Shown: piece by piece, positions 35,554 through 45,980 of the stretch
How the letters are laid out: every line of letters begins with the position of its first letter
Numbering within the stretch: position 1 is the stretch's first letter
Source of the DNA: Gammaproteobacteria bacterium
GTDB taxonomy: Bacteria > Pseudomonadota > Gammaproteobacteria > Ga0077536
Assembly: GCA_963662545.2 (NCBI GenBank)
Contig: CAXXLL010000003.1
Location: 2,368,001 to 2,432,000, forward strand
DNA length: 64,000 nt
Direction of reading: 5' to 3'
Program-made: the position numbers and the translations under genes
Notes under the pieces: model-generated
Told to the model about the DNA's origin: nothing
The model's input: the letters and a program-made list of their open reading frames with translations, nothing else
The model's database searches: none

Positions 35554-37362
35554 TTGGAGCCCACCGATATCGGTAACCCCGATTACTTTCACAAAGTCGT
35601 CGATTGCCAGTGGGCCTGCCCGGCCCATACACCCGTTCCGGAATACATCCGCATGGTCGCCGACGGGCGCTACGCCGACGCCTATATGCTCAATTGGGAG
35701 TCGAACGTCTTCCCGGGCATTCTGGGGCGCACCTGCGACCGGCCTTGTGAACCGGCCTGCCGCCGCGGCCGGGTGGAAAAGGCCCCGGTCGCCATCTGTC
35801 GTTTGAAGCGCGTTGCGGCCGATTACAAGGGCGATATTACGCATCGCCTGCCGCAGCCCGCCAAGCAGAAAAACGGCCGGCGCATCGCCTGCATCGGCGC
35901 CGGGCCGGCATCACTGACCCTGGCGCGCGACCTCGCGCCGCTCGGCTACGAGGTCGTGATCTTCGACGGCGAGGATCGCGCCGGCGGCATGATTCGAAGT
36001 CAGATCCCGAAATTCCGGCTGCCCGAGGAAATCATCGACGAGGAAATCGCTTACATCCTCGACTTAGGCGTGGAATTTCGCGGCGAAGTCTGGATCGATT
36101 CGATGAAGGATATACTCGCACAGGATTATGACGCCGTTTTCGTCGGTACCGGCGCGCCGCGCGGTCGCGACCTGATAATCCCGGGTCGCGAAGAAGCGGG
36201 GAAACACATTTACATCGGCGTCGACTGGCTGTCCTCGGTTTCCTTCGAGCATATCTCATCGATCGGCAAACGCGTGATCATTCTCGGTGGCGGCAACACT
36301 GCGATGGATTGCTGCCGTTCTTCCAAGCGCCTGGGCGGCGAGGAAGTCACCGTCATCGTGCGCTCCGGATTCGACCAGATGAAAGCCTCGTCATGGGAAA
36401 AGGAGGACGCCATGCACGAGGAGATCCCGATTCTCAATTTTCTCGTGCCGAAGGAATTTCTGCACAAAAAGGGCCGGCTGACCGGCATGCGCTTCGAACC
36501 GGTACGTGCGGAATATGATGAAAACGGCCGCCGATCCCTGATTTCAACCGGCGAACCCGATCGGGAATTCGCCTGTGACGACGTGCTGATCGCCATCGGT
36601 CAGGACAACGCCGTGCCCTGGATCGAGCGCGATATCGGGATCGAATTCGACCAGTGGGACCGGCCGATCCTGAACAAGACGACACTGCAATCGACGATCC
36701 CCAATGTATTTTTCGGCGGCGACGCCGCAATCGGACCCGAAAATATCATCTGGGCAGTCGCACACGGCCACGACGCGGCGATTTCGATCGACAAGTATCT
36801 CAATGGGGATGACATCAACGTGCGCCCGCCCCCCAATGTGAATCTCATTTCACAGAAAATGGGCATCCACGAGTGGAGTTACGATAACGATATCTCCAAT
36901 GACGTTCGCTACAACGTCCCGCTCAAGGATCTCAAGCAAGCGTTAAAGAATATCAAAGTCGAAGTCGAACTCGGCTATGATCAAAAGCTTGCGCTCGCCG
37001 AAGCCGAGCGTTGCCTCAATTGCGACGTGCAGACAATATTCACCGACAAGCTCTGCATCGAGTGCGATGCCTGCGTCGACATCTGCCCGACCGATTGCAT
37101 CAACTTCACCTTTAACGGTGACGAACCGGATTTACGCGCGCGGCTTCGCGTGCCCGCCGATGACGCCTCCCAGGATTTGTACGTCTCCGGACAGCTTGCG
37201 ACCAGCCGCATCATGGTCAAGGACGAAAACATGTGCCTGCATTGCGGCCTGTGCGCAGAACGCTGTCCGACCGGCGCATGGGACATGCAAAAGTTCCTCC
37301 TGGAACCGCAGCAGGTCGGCCCAGCCTGTCGGGGCCCGGCAGCCGATTCGCGTGCTGCCTGA
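35554..37362 (+). CDS. GltD-like FAD/NAD(P)-dependent oxidoreductase with C-terminal 2x[4Fe-4S] ferredoxin domain
   Basis: CQWACP, GRTCDRPCEPAC, IGAGPAS, GGGNTAMD, CIECDACVDICP, CLHCGLCAERCP; AAGGAG RBS. Confidence 0.92.
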   Translation: MEPTDIGNPDYFHKVVDCQWACPAHTPVPEYIRMVADGRYADAYMLNWESNVFPGILGRTCDRPCEPACRRGRVEKAPVAICRLKRVAADYKGDITHRLPQPAKQKNGRRIACIGAGPASLTLARDLAPLGYEVVIFDGEDRAGGMIRSQIPKFRLPEEIIDEEIAYILDLGVEFRGEVWIDSMKDILAQDYDAVFVGTGAPRGRDLIIPGREEAGKHIYIGVDWLSSVSFEHISSIGKRVIILGGGNTAMDCCRSSKRLGGEEVTVIVRSGFDQMKASSWEKEDAMHEEIPILNFLVPKEFLHKKGRLTGMRFEPVRAEYDENGRRSLISTGEPDREFACDDVLIAIGQDNAVPWIERDIGIEFDQWDRPILNKTTLQSTIPNVFFGGDAAIGPENIIWAVAHGHDAAISIDKYLNGDDINVRPPPNVNLISQKMGIHEWSYDNDISNDVRYNVPLKDLKQALKNIKVEVELGYDQKLALAEAERCLNCDVQTIFTDKLCIECDACVDICPTDCINFTFNGDEPDLRARLRVPADDASQDLYVSGQLATSRIMVKDENMCLHCGLCAERCPTGAWDMQKFLLEPQQVGPACRGPAADSRAA

Positions 37363-37377
37363 CGGAACTTTCATTCA

Positions 37378-39219
37378 ATGAAACCCATCGCGGCGATCAA
37401 CGACTTCGTTGTCAAGTTCGCCAACGTCAACGGCTCGGGCTCGGCCTCCGCCAACGCTTTATTCGCGAAATCGATTTTGAAGATGGGGATCCCGGTCAGC
37501 CCGCGCAACATCTTCCCGTCGAACATCCAGGGGCTGCCCACCTGGTACGAAGTCCGCGTTTCCGCCGACGGTTGGCTGGGACGCCGCGGCGGCATCGATT
37601 TCATGGTCGCGATGAACCCTGAGACCTGGGACCAGGACCTCGCCGAAATCGAGCCGGGCGGATATTTGTTCTACGATTCAACAAAACCGCTGCCGCCGTC
37701 GAAATTCCGCGATGACATTCAAGTCATCGGCATGCCAGTCATGGAAATTTGCAACCAGCATTACACCGATGCGCGGCAGCGGCAGCTGTTCAAGAACATC
37801 ATTTATGTCGGCGCCTTGGCCGCCCTGCTCGACATTGATATCGAGGTGATGCAAAACCTCGTCGGCGAGCAGTTCAAGGGCAAGGAAGCGTTAATGGAAT
37901 CCAACATTCGCGCCCTGCAGACGGGGCGGGATTATGCGATTTCCAGATTAGAATGCCCGCTGGAACTGCGCGTACAACCCTGCGACACAGTCGGCGACCG
38001 AATTTTCATCGAAGGCAACAGCGCCGCCGCGCTCGGCGCGGTCTACGGCGGCGCGACGGTCGCCGCCTGGTATCCGATCACGCCATCCTCGTCGCTGGCC
38101 GAGGCCTTCGAGCGCCATTGCAAACGCTATCGGCACGATCCGGACACGGGGGCTGCGCGCTACGCGATTCTGCAGGCGGAAGATGAGCTCGCGGCCATCG
38201 GCATGGTCATCGGTGCCGGCTGGAACGGCGCACGCGCGTTCACCGCAACGTCGGGCCCCGGTATCTCTCTCATGCAGGAATTCATCGGCTTCGCATATTT
38301 CGCCGAGATCCCCGCGGTCATTTTCGACGTCCAGCGCGGCGGACCATCGACGGGCATGCCGACGCGGACCCAGCAATCAGACATCTTATTGTGTGCCTAT
38401 GCCTCGCACGGCGACACCAAGCACGTCCTTTTGTTTCCCGAAGATCCCAAGGAAGCTTTCGAGATGAGCGCGGCCGCGTTCGATCTCGCCGACCGGTTGC
38501 AGACGCCGGTGTTCGTCATGCTCGATCTCGACATCGGCATGAACGAACGCCTCACCGACCCGCTCGAATGGGACGACGGCCGGCACCTCGACCGAGGCAA
38601 GGTAATGACCCACGAGATGTTCGAGCGCGGCGAGGAATTCGCCCGTTATCTCGACGTCGAGAACGACGGGATCTCTTACCGCACCTACCCCGGCACACAC
38701 CCCACCGAAGGCGCGTATCTCACCCGCGGAACGACCAAGGACAGCTATGCCAAGTACAGTGAAGCGGGACCGGATTACGTCGAGAATATGCAGCGTTTGC
38801 TGCGCAAATTCGAAACCTCGAAGGAACTCGTGCCAGAGCCGGTCAGTATGTGGAACGAACCCCTGGCGAAATTCGGTGTGATCTTTTACGGCTCGACCTC
38901 CCCGGCTATTGCGGAAGCCTTCGAGGCCCTGAAGTCGGGGGGCATCAACGTCAATGCGCTGCGCATACGCGCGTTCCCGTTTGTCGACGAAGTGGCCGAT
39001 TTCATGGCCGCACACGAGCAGGTATTCGTCGTCGAACAAAACCGGGATGCACAAATGCGGAGTCTTTTGATCAATGAATGCAACATCGATCCGCAGAAAC
39101 TGATTTCGATACTGCATTACGACGGCACGCCGATTACGGCGCGTTTCATCGCGATGGAGATCGCCCAGCAACTCGTGTCGAGCGTCGGTAACCTGGCCCG
39201 TGGCGCTGCGACGAATTAG
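37378..39219 (+). CDS. 2-oxoacid:acceptor oxidoreductase alpha subunit
   Basis: NVNGSGS, YPITPSS, QAEDELAA, TATSGPGISLMQE, QRGGPSTGMPT. Confidence 0.95.
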   Translation: MKPIAAINDFVVKFANVNGSGSASANALFAKSILKMGIPVSPRNIFPSNIQGLPTWYEVRVSADGWLGRRGGIDFMVAMNPETWDQDLAEIEPGGYLFYDSTKPLPPSKFRDDIQVIGMPVMEICNQHYTDARQRQLFKNIIYVGALAALLDIDIEVMQNLVGEQFKGKEALMESNIRALQTGRDYAISRLECPLELRVQPCDTVGDRIFIEGNSAAALGAVYGGATVAAWYPITPSSSLAEAFERHCKRYRHDPDTGAARYAILQAEDELAAIGMVIGAGWNGARAFTATSGPGISLMQEFIGFAYFAEIPAVIFDVQRGGPSTGMPTRTQQSDILLCAYASHGDTKHVLLFPEDPKEAFEMSAAAFDLADRLQTPVFVMLDLDIGMNERLTDPLEWDDGRHLDRGKVMTHEMFERGEEFARYLDVENDGISYRTYPGTHPTEGAYLTRGTTKDSYAKYSEAGPDYVENMQRLLRKFETSKELVPEPVSMWNEPLAKFGVIFYGSTSPAIAEAFEALKSGGINVNALRIRAFPFVDEVADFMAAHEQVFVVEQNRDAQMRSLLINECNIDPQKLISILHYDGTPITARFIAMEIAQQLVSSVGNLARGAATN

Positions 39220-39256
39220 ATCGGCATTCATTTTTATGGATGTTTTGACAATTGTC

Positions 39257-39319
39257 ATTCGCCCGCAAGCGGGCTCCTACGGAAGCCTCCTCGATGCAGG
39301 AGCCCGCTTGCGGGCGAAT
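39257..39319. repeat. Inverted REP pair
   Basis: attcgcccgcaagcgggctcctac-N15-gcaggagcccgcttgcgggcgaat. Confidence 0.85.
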
Positions 39320-39375
39320 CAATACCGACTTGAAAACCTAACTGAGGCGCGAATCGCGCGTCCTATGGACCCGAC

Positions 39376-40431
39376 ATGACCTACATCACCAAGCCCGAGC
39401 TTCATCATCCCAAGCTGCCGGTTAACCAACTCGGTTATACCCGTCGCTATTATGAAGGCATGGTATCGACGCTTTGCGCCGGTTGCGGACACGATTCGAT
39501 CAGCGCTGCGATCGTTCAAGCATTTTTCGATCTCGCGATCGAGCCGCACTGCGTTGCCAAGCTCTCTGGAATCGGTTGCTCATCCAAAACCCCGACCTAT
39601 TTTCTCGGCAGCTCGCATGGGCTAAACGCCGTCCACGGCCGCATGCCTTCGGTGCTCACGGGTGCCAATCTCGCGAACCGCGACCTCATCTATCTCGGCG
39701 TGTCGGGAGACGGCGATTCGGCTTCTATTGGTCTGGGTCAGTTCGTGCATTCCTTGAGGCGCGGCGTCAATATGGTCTACATCGTCGAGAACAACGGCGT
39801 CTACGGATTGACCAAGGGTCAGTTTTCCGCGACCGCGGATACCGGTTCGAAATCCAAGCGCGGGGTGGTCAACCGCGATAGCTCGGTCGACCTCATCGGT
39901 CTCGCGCTCCAGGTCGGCGCAACGTTCGTCGCACGCAGTTTTTCAGGCGACAAGGAGCAACTCGTGCCCTTGCTCAAGGCCGCGATCGAACACTCAGGCG
40001 CCGCTTTTCTGGACGTCATCAGCCCCTGTGTTGCGTTCAACAATCACCCGGGTTCGACCAAGAGCTACGACTATGTCCGTGCGCATAACGAGGTCGTCAA
40101 TCGCCTTGATTTCATACCAAAGCGCGAAGCGATCACGGCCACATACCAAGCCGGGGCGCTCGAGGAAGTCTTGCAGCACGACGGCAGCGTTTTGAAATTC
40201 AGGAAAATCGCCGACGATTACGATCCGCAGGATCGCACCGCCGCGATGACCTACCTGCAGCACCGGGCCAAACAAGGTGAGATCGTCACGGGGCTCTTGT
40301 ACGTCGAACGCGAACCCGAAGACCTGCACACCCACCTCGGCACGGTCAAGGCGCCACTGAATTCCCTCACCGAACGCGAGTTATGCCCCGGTGTCGCGAC
40401 GCTCAATGACATCAACGACAGCTTGCGCTGA
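39376..40431 (+). CDS. 2-oxoacid:ferredoxin oxidoreductase beta subunit
   Basis: LCAGCGH, SGIGCSS, HGR, SGDGD..NNGVYGLTKGQ (TPP motif). Confidence 0.95.
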   Translation: MTYITKPELHHPKLPVNQLGYTRRYYEGMVSTLCAGCGHDSISAAIVQAFFDLAIEPHCVAKLSGIGCSSKTPTYFLGSSHGLNAVHGRMPSVLTGANLANRDLIYLGVSGDGDSASIGLGQFVHSLRRGVNMVYIVENNGVYGLTKGQFSATADTGSKSKRGVVNRDSSVDLIGLALQVGATFVARSFSGDKEQLVPLLKAAIEHSGAAFLDVISPCVAFNNHPGSTKSYDYVRAHNEVVNRLDFIPKREAITATYQAGALEEVLQHDGSVLKFRKIADDYDPQDRTAAMTYLQHRAKQGEIVTGLLYVEREPEDLHTHLGTVKAPLNSLTERELCPGVATLNDINDSLR

Positions 40432-40517
40432 CACGAGGTCAAGCTCGCCGCAGCGAGTACGCTGCCTCGCCTCCTGTCGATTGACGCTGACAGCAAGAGG
40501 GCAGTGAAAACGGCAGG

Positions 40518-41372
40518 CTAACGGCCGGCTGAGTGCTGTTCCTTAAGCGCGCGCGCTTCATCGTGGCGCCCCGCCGCTTCCATAACGCCGATAGTGGCAT
40601 CCAACCAATCCATGAATCGCGTGTGGTCACCCAGCTTGTGAAAAATTTCGGCCAAGTTGCCACTGTAGGCGATGATGCCGTCGGTGTCCTTGCGCTTGAC
40701 GCATAACTCATAGGCCGAGTACGTCCATTTCAATGCTTTTTCTTGATCGCCGAGCTTTGCATGGCAGAGCCCGAGGATGCCGTGAACGCGCGCCGCGAGC
40801 GGTTCTATGGGAGTACCGGCCCAGACCGGCGTGTCGTCGACGATCGGTTCGAGGACGGCGATCGCTTCGGCGCAACGATTCTGATCAACCAACAACTCGG
40901 CGTCGTTGTAGATCCGTCCCCAGTTCATGATCTTGTTGCGCTCGGCTCTGCCTTCCAGAAGGCCGATCAGGGTGCGATCACCCTCGCTTTCGAAGTGCGA
41001 TGCAATGGCAAACAACGCCTCCCCGTAACGCTTCATTTGTTCCTCATCGCCGCGAAATTCTTCAGGCATTCGCCGCCAGGCTTCAAAATGGTTGACCACC
41101 GTATCCTTGTATTGCCGGCAAAGCTGATCCAGTAGCTTGCGGTCATTGGCCGCGGCATCGACGAGTGCGGCGCGCAGCGCGTCGGGATCCCGGTCGTAGT
41201 GTGAAGCGCTGATGGCGTTGGGCTCGGCCAAGATGAGAACCGCGAGAAGCAGTATTTTCGCCTTATTACGATGCCACTTCGTCGGCCATGAGCTGCGTTG
41301 AAGATGAACGGGTGCTGTGACGGCGCCCGGGCTTGGTATTCGACCGTAACGCTCAAGCGGCATTCGTGTCAT
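40518..41372 (-). CDS. TPR-like helical protein (start uncertain)
   Basis: Hydrophobic signal-like stretch ILLLAVLILA; TPR-like helices (LGLCHAKLGDQEKAL, NLAEIFHKLG). Confidence 0.6.
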   Translation of the reverse strand: MTRMPLERYGRIPSPGAVTAPVHLQRSSWPTKWHRNKAKILLLAVLILAEPNAISASHYDRDPDALRAALVDAAANDRKLLDQLCRQYKDTVVNHFEAWRRMPEEFRGDEEQMKRYGEALFAIASHFESEGDRTLIGLLEGRAERNKIMNWGRIYNDAELLVDQNRCAEAIAVLEPIVDDTPVWAGTPIEPLAARVHGILGLCHAKLGDQEKALKWTYSAYELCVKRKDTDGIIAYSGNLAEIFHKLGDHTRFMDWLDATIGVMEAAGRHDEARALKEQHSAGR

Positions 41373-41685
41373 TTCGTTATCGAAAACCTGGTCGAAGCGA
41401 TGTCGTTCTTCATGGCCGCTGCAAACCGAGCGCGGATTATAGGGATCGATAACGCGAATGCAACGTTTTCGCGGCGAACGCCACAATGCGGAGGCCCCAT
41501 GTGCACCCCGGGCGGTTGGATTCGCTCTCGACGCTGGACTTTCGAATCGTTTCGCTACGTTATCCCATTTGAACCGGCGATAAGGGCCATTCAATCGCCT
41601 TCAAAATGTCGCAGTATGGTGAATTATAAATAATTAATGCGATTTCAAGAAAATTATCATGTATTTTTGACTTATTTCTCCATAA

Positions 41686-43230
41686 ATGTATTATTGCGAC
41701 ACTTTTATGAGCAATCTTGGGGTGCAGAAGGTGTTAACACTCCCGCCTGAGGTCCTAGCAAACCGCTTCACGGAATCCGGTGATTTGACCCATTGGGATA
41801 CCGCGGCTGTTCACGACCTGATCACGCGGGACGGCCCGCAACAAAGCCAGCGTTCAACTGAACGGCTCATCGAAAAATCCGCCCTCTTACCTGCTGCCGT
41901 AAAGCTCCACGAGGTCGCTGATGAGCTGGACCGTGCCCCTATAAAGAGCGTGGTGGAGAGTCTCGAGGGCGAGGCCAAACGTCGGCGGTGGCTGTCCCTA
42001 GTCCTCCAGGAGCATCGCTCGGATACCGGGGCCACCCTGCTTTTTTGCAACGACGGACGGCGCGGGCGGCGGTGGGTGTTTATTGACCCGAATTCCGCGG
42101 AACCGGAATCGCTGCTGAAAGCGCTCGATGCGCTCGCGGACGACAAGCCATTGATGATCTGGCCACACGGTTCGATCACGGAACGGATTCGCGCCCTCGC
42201 AGGGGCGCTTGGATCGCATGACATCAAGCTGCCGTCTGGGCGGCGCGTGCGCCTCGGTACCGTTGCCTATCAACACGTTTCGACGACCGCGCACGTCCCG
42301 CCGACGACGATGCGCGATCGCCAGCAGGCCGACCGCCTTTCTCATCTCGACCGCCTCGAAGCCGACAGCATTCACATCATTCGCGAAGTCATGGCGCAGG
42401 CCGAAAATCCCGTGATGCTTTATTCGGTAGGCAAGGACAGCTCCGTGATGCTGCACCTGGCGCGCAAGGCATTTTACCCAAGCGTGCCGCCGTTCCCGTT
42501 AATGCATATTGATACGCGTTGGAAATTCCAGGCGATGTATCAGTTCCGTGACCAGATGGCGCGCGACAGTGGCATGGAGCTGATCACTTACGTCAACCCG
42601 GAAGGTGTCGAGAAGAATATCAATCCGTTCGACCACGGCAGCGCCTTACACACCGACATCATGAAGACAGAGGGGCTCAAGCAAGCATTGACTCTACATG
42701 GCTTCGATGTAGCGTTTGGTGGCGCGCGACGCGACGAAGAAAAGAGTCGGGCTAAAGAACGGGTGTTCTCGTTTCGAACCTCGACCCATCGCTGGGACCC
42801 GAAAAACCAGCGCCCCGAACTATGGAATCTCTATAACGGCTACAAGAACAAGGGCGAGAGTATTCGAGTGTTCCCGTTGTCGAACTGGACCGAACTGGAT
42901 GTATGGCAGTATACCTATCGAGAGCAAATTCCGATCGTGCCACTTTACTTTGCGGCAGAAAGACCGGTCATCGAACGCGACGGGCTTCTGATTTTAGTCG
43001 ATGACGATCGCCTCCGCCTCTTCACCGACGAGCGGGTACAGATTAAGCGTGTGCGATTTCGCACCCTGGGTTGCTATCCGCTGACCGGCGCCGTCGAATC
43101 AGACGCCGATGACCTTCCCTCGATCATTCTCGAACTCCTGCAGAGTCGCACGAGTGAACGTCAGGGCAGAGCGATTGATTCAGATTCCTCCTCTTCGATG
43201 GAAAAGAAAAAGCAGGAGGGATACTTCTGA
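41686..43230 (+). CDS. cysD: Sulfate adenylyltransferase subunit 2 with ~210-aa N-terminal extension
   Basis: [54 protein letters not shown]; core begins ~42310. Confidence 0.92.
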   Translation: MYYCDTFMSNLGVQKVLTLPPEVLANRFTESGDLTHWDTAAVHDLITRDGPQQSQRSTERLIEKSALLPAAVKLHEVADELDRAPIKSVVESLEGEAKRRRWLSLVLQEHRSDTGATLLFCNDGRRGRRWVFIDPNSAEPESLLKALDALADDKPLMIWPHGSITERIRALAGALGSHDIKLPSGRRVRLGTVAYQHVSTTAHVPPTTMRDRQQADRLSHLDRLEADSIHIIREVMAQAENPVMLYSVGKDSSVMLHLARKAFYPSVPPFPLMHIDTRWKFQAMYQFRDQMARDSGMELITYVNPEGVEKNINPFDHGSALHTDIMKTEGLKQALTLHGFDVAFGGARRDEEKSRAKERVFSFRTSTHRWDPKNQRPELWNLYNGYKNKGESIRVFPLSNWTELDVWQYTYREQIPIVPLYFAAERPVIERDGLLILVDDDRLRLFTDERVQIKRVRFRTLGCYPLTGAVESDADDLPSIILELLQSRTSERQGRAIDSDSSSSMEKKKQEGYF

Positions 43231-45131
43231 TGAACGCTGCCGTTGAAACCATTCGCGAACGCGTCGACGCCTACATCGATAACCAGTCGCAGCTGGATCT
43301 GTTGCGTTTCATTACGTGTGGAAGCGTCGATGACGGCAAGAGTACGCTCATCGGCCGCATGCTGTACGAAGCACAGATGATTTTCGAGGATCAGGTGGCG
43401 TCGCTGAAAGCCGATTCCAAGCGGCACGGGACTCAGGCTGGTGAGATCGACTTTGCCTTGCTGGTAGACGGTCTGGCCGCCGAACGCGAGCAGGGCATTA
43501 CCATCGACGTGGCGTATCGGTACTTCAACACGGACCGGCGCAAGTTCATCGTGGCGGACACCCCGGGTCACGAACAATACACCCGTAATATGGTGACCGG
43601 TGCGTCGACGGCCGATGTCGCCGTCATTCTCGTCGACGCAACGCAGGGCGTACTCACGCAGACCTGCAGACACTCGTTCATCGCGTCCTTGCTCGGTATC
43701 AAGCATGTCGTACTGGCCGTGAACAAGATGGATCTGGTGAATTTCGATCGCGCGGTGTTCGACGACATCGTTGAAACGTATAGGGAGTTCTCCGATCGCC
43801 TCGATTTTAGTTCGATCACGCCGATTCCCGTGTCGGCCCTGCAGGGAGACAATGTGGTGCAACCGTCCGCACGGACACCCTGGCATTCCGGTCCAAGCTT
43901 GCTGGGATTTCTCGAGATGGTCGAAGTACGGCAATCGCAGTTAAATCACCCCTTTCGGTTTCCGGTGCAGTGGGTGAACCGGGGGAATTCGGATTTCCGT
44001 GGTTACGCAGGAACCGTCGTATCGGGCTCAATCGCCACAGGGCAGCAACTTCACGTCTTGCCGTCAGGCGAAATCGCATCGGTAGCGGATATCGTGTTGT
44101 ACCGAGACCGCCTCGACAAGGCCGTGGTCGATCAGGCGGTGACCATTACGCTCGATCGGGACGTGGACGTATCCCGCGGTGACGTACTCGTTGCTACCGA
44201 CACCCCTTGCGAAGTCTCGGACCAGTTCGACGTATCACTCGTGTGGATGAACGAGGAACCGGGCTTTGCCGGTCGCACCTATTGGTTGAAATTGGGCAAT
44301 TCCCGGCTCAACGCTACGCTTTCAGACATCAAATTCAAATACAACGTCAACACACTCGAGCAGTTGTCTTCTCATGGCTTGGAACTCAACGAAATCGGCC
44401 GCGCAACGCTGAGCCTGGACAAGGCCGTACCCTTCGAGGCTTACCGCGACTGTCGGACAATGGGTTCGTTTGTGCTGATTGATCGCTACAGCTATGCCAC
44501 CGTTGCCGCAGGCATGATCAATTTCGCGTTGCGCAGAGCGCAGAACGTACATCGGCAGGCGTTGACCGTGGACAAACGCGCGCGCGCCAAGCTGAACGGA
44601 CATCGCGGCCGGGTATTGTGGTTCACCGGATTGAGTGGTGCCGGCAAATCGACGATCGCCAATGCCCTGGAACAGGTACTGCACTCGCAAGGAATTCGCA
44701 CCTACCTCCTCGATGGTGATAACGTCCGTCACGGACTCAACAAGGACCTCGGGTTCACCGATGCCGACCGCGTCGAGAACGTGCGACGGGTTGCCGAGGT
44801 CGCCAAACTCATGGTCGATGCCGGTCTGGTCGTGTCCGTCGCCTTCATCTCACCATTCCGCTCTGAACGCGATATGGCGCGAGCGCTATTCGATGAAGGC
44901 GAATTCCTCGAGATCCATGCCGACGTTCCGCTCGAAACGGCAGAGGCGCGTGACGCCAAGGGCTTGTATAAAAAGGCGCGTAAAGGCGAGCTACCTCACT
45001 TTACCGGCATTGATAGCGCCTACGAGCCACCCGAATCTGCGGAAATCGTACTACCTACCGCTGAACTGGGCGTTGACGCATGTGTCGCGCGCATTCTGGA
45101 AGTAATGGAGCACACGAAAATCGACTCATGA
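43230..45131 (+). CDS. cysNC: Bifunctional sulfate adenylyltransferase subunit 1 / APS kinase (CysN-CysC fusion)
   Basis: [31 protein letters not shown]; [22 protein letters not shown]. Confidence 0.95.
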   Translation: MNAAVETIRERVDAYIDNQSQLDLLRFITCGSVDDGKSTLIGRMLYEAQMIFEDQVASLKADSKRHGTQAGEIDFALLVDGLAAEREQGITIDVAYRYFNTDRRKFIVADTPGHEQYTRNMVTGASTADVAVILVDATQGVLTQTCRHSFIASLLGIKHVVLAVNKMDLVNFDRAVFDDIVETYREFSDRLDFSSITPIPVSALQGDNVVQPSARTPWHSGPSLLGFLEMVEVRQSQLNHPFRFPVQWVNRGNSDFRGYAGTVVSGSIATGQQLHVLPSGEIASVADIVLYRDRLDKAVVDQAVTITLDRDVDVSRGDVLVATDTPCEVSDQFDVSLVWMNEEPGFAGRTYWLKLGNSRLNATLSDIKFKYNVNTLEQLSSHGLELNEIGRATLSLDKAVPFEAYRDCRTMGSFVLIDRYSYATVAAGMINFALRRAQNVHRQALTVDKRARAKLNGHRGRVLWFTGLSGAGKSTIANALEQVLHSQGIRTYLLDGDNVRHGLNKDLGFTDADRVENVRRVAEVAKLMVDAGLVVSVAFISPFRSERDMARALFDEGEFLEIHADVPLETAEARDAKGLYKKARKGELPHFTGIDSAYEPPESAEIVLPTAELGVDACVARILEVMEHTKIDS

Positions 45132-45361
45132 ATACAGTAACCTACGATCGGGAATCCCGTTTACGGAGCCTGCTAAAGGCCTTCTCGTGGCGTATCTTCG
45201 CGACGTTGACCACGGTGCTGATCGCCTGGGCCATTACCGGGGAAATCGATGCTGCCATCCTGATCGGCAGCGTCGAATTCGTGCTGAAGTTTTTCATCTA
45301 TTACCTGCACGAACGGGCTTGGCAACTGGTTCCGCGGGGCACAATCCGCAACTTGTTTTAG
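45128..45361 (+). CDS. DUF2061 family small membrane protein
   Basis: [18 protein letters not shown]; ATGA overlap with cysNC. Confidence 0.88.
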   Translation: MNTVTYDRESRLRSLLKAFSWRIFATLTTVLIAWAITGEIDAAILIGSVEFVLKFFIYYLHERAWQLVPRGTIRNLF

Positions 45362-45813
45362 TTCAGCGGTCCGATCGCCGCGATTCTTCGCGCCATCTCG
45401 CATCTAGAGCAGATGCGATCATGGTGCGATACCAGTGCTAATTTCACAAAGGTCTTGTCATCGAAAGCTCACCTATGCCGAATCATGAGGGTCGTGATCC
45501 GTGACGCCGCGCCTGCGCCATCACGAATCGCGTCACGTCGCGATGAACCGATCGGAATATGATCCCGTGGGGGCATTGCACTGAACAACGAAGGAACCTG
45601 GCGTTTCATAAGCGACAAGCCCGAACTGCGTGAATTCTTCCGCGCGTATTTCGAAGATCGCAAAATGCAGGAAATGATCGAATGAACGGTGCCGGGGCTG
45701 ACTTATTGAACCATTGGTCCGAGTAACAGCGAGATTATTGAATCGGGAGTCTTTTTTCGGGCGTCCACACACCCCATAAGCAGAAGCGAAGCTCACCTGC
45801 CCGATGGTGGTTA

Positions 45814-45890
45814 TGGCGCGCCCAGAGGGACTCGAACCCCCGACCACCTGGTTCGAAGCCAGGTACTCTATCCAGCTGAGCTATGGGCGC
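45814..45890 (-). tRNA. tRNA-Arg (anticodon TCG)
   Basis: GCGCCCATAGCTCAGCTGGATAGAGTACCTGGCTTCGAACCAGGTGGTCGGGGGTTCGAGTCCCTCTGGGCGCGCCA, 77 nt, intact stems. Confidence 0.95.
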
Positions 45891-45980
45891 ATAGGCGGCA
45901 AGCAAGGCGTATGTTATCCGAAAATTCGATACCCCGAATTGAGGTAGAGACGACCACGGTCAATACCGTTCCACACCGCG

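Noticed and set aside
45563-45685. 40-codon open stretch (..GTWRFISDKPELREFFRAYFEDRKMQEMIE*) near the tRNA-Arg(TCG) 3' end
   Set aside because: Could be a gene remnant, but it has no start codon or recognisable family.
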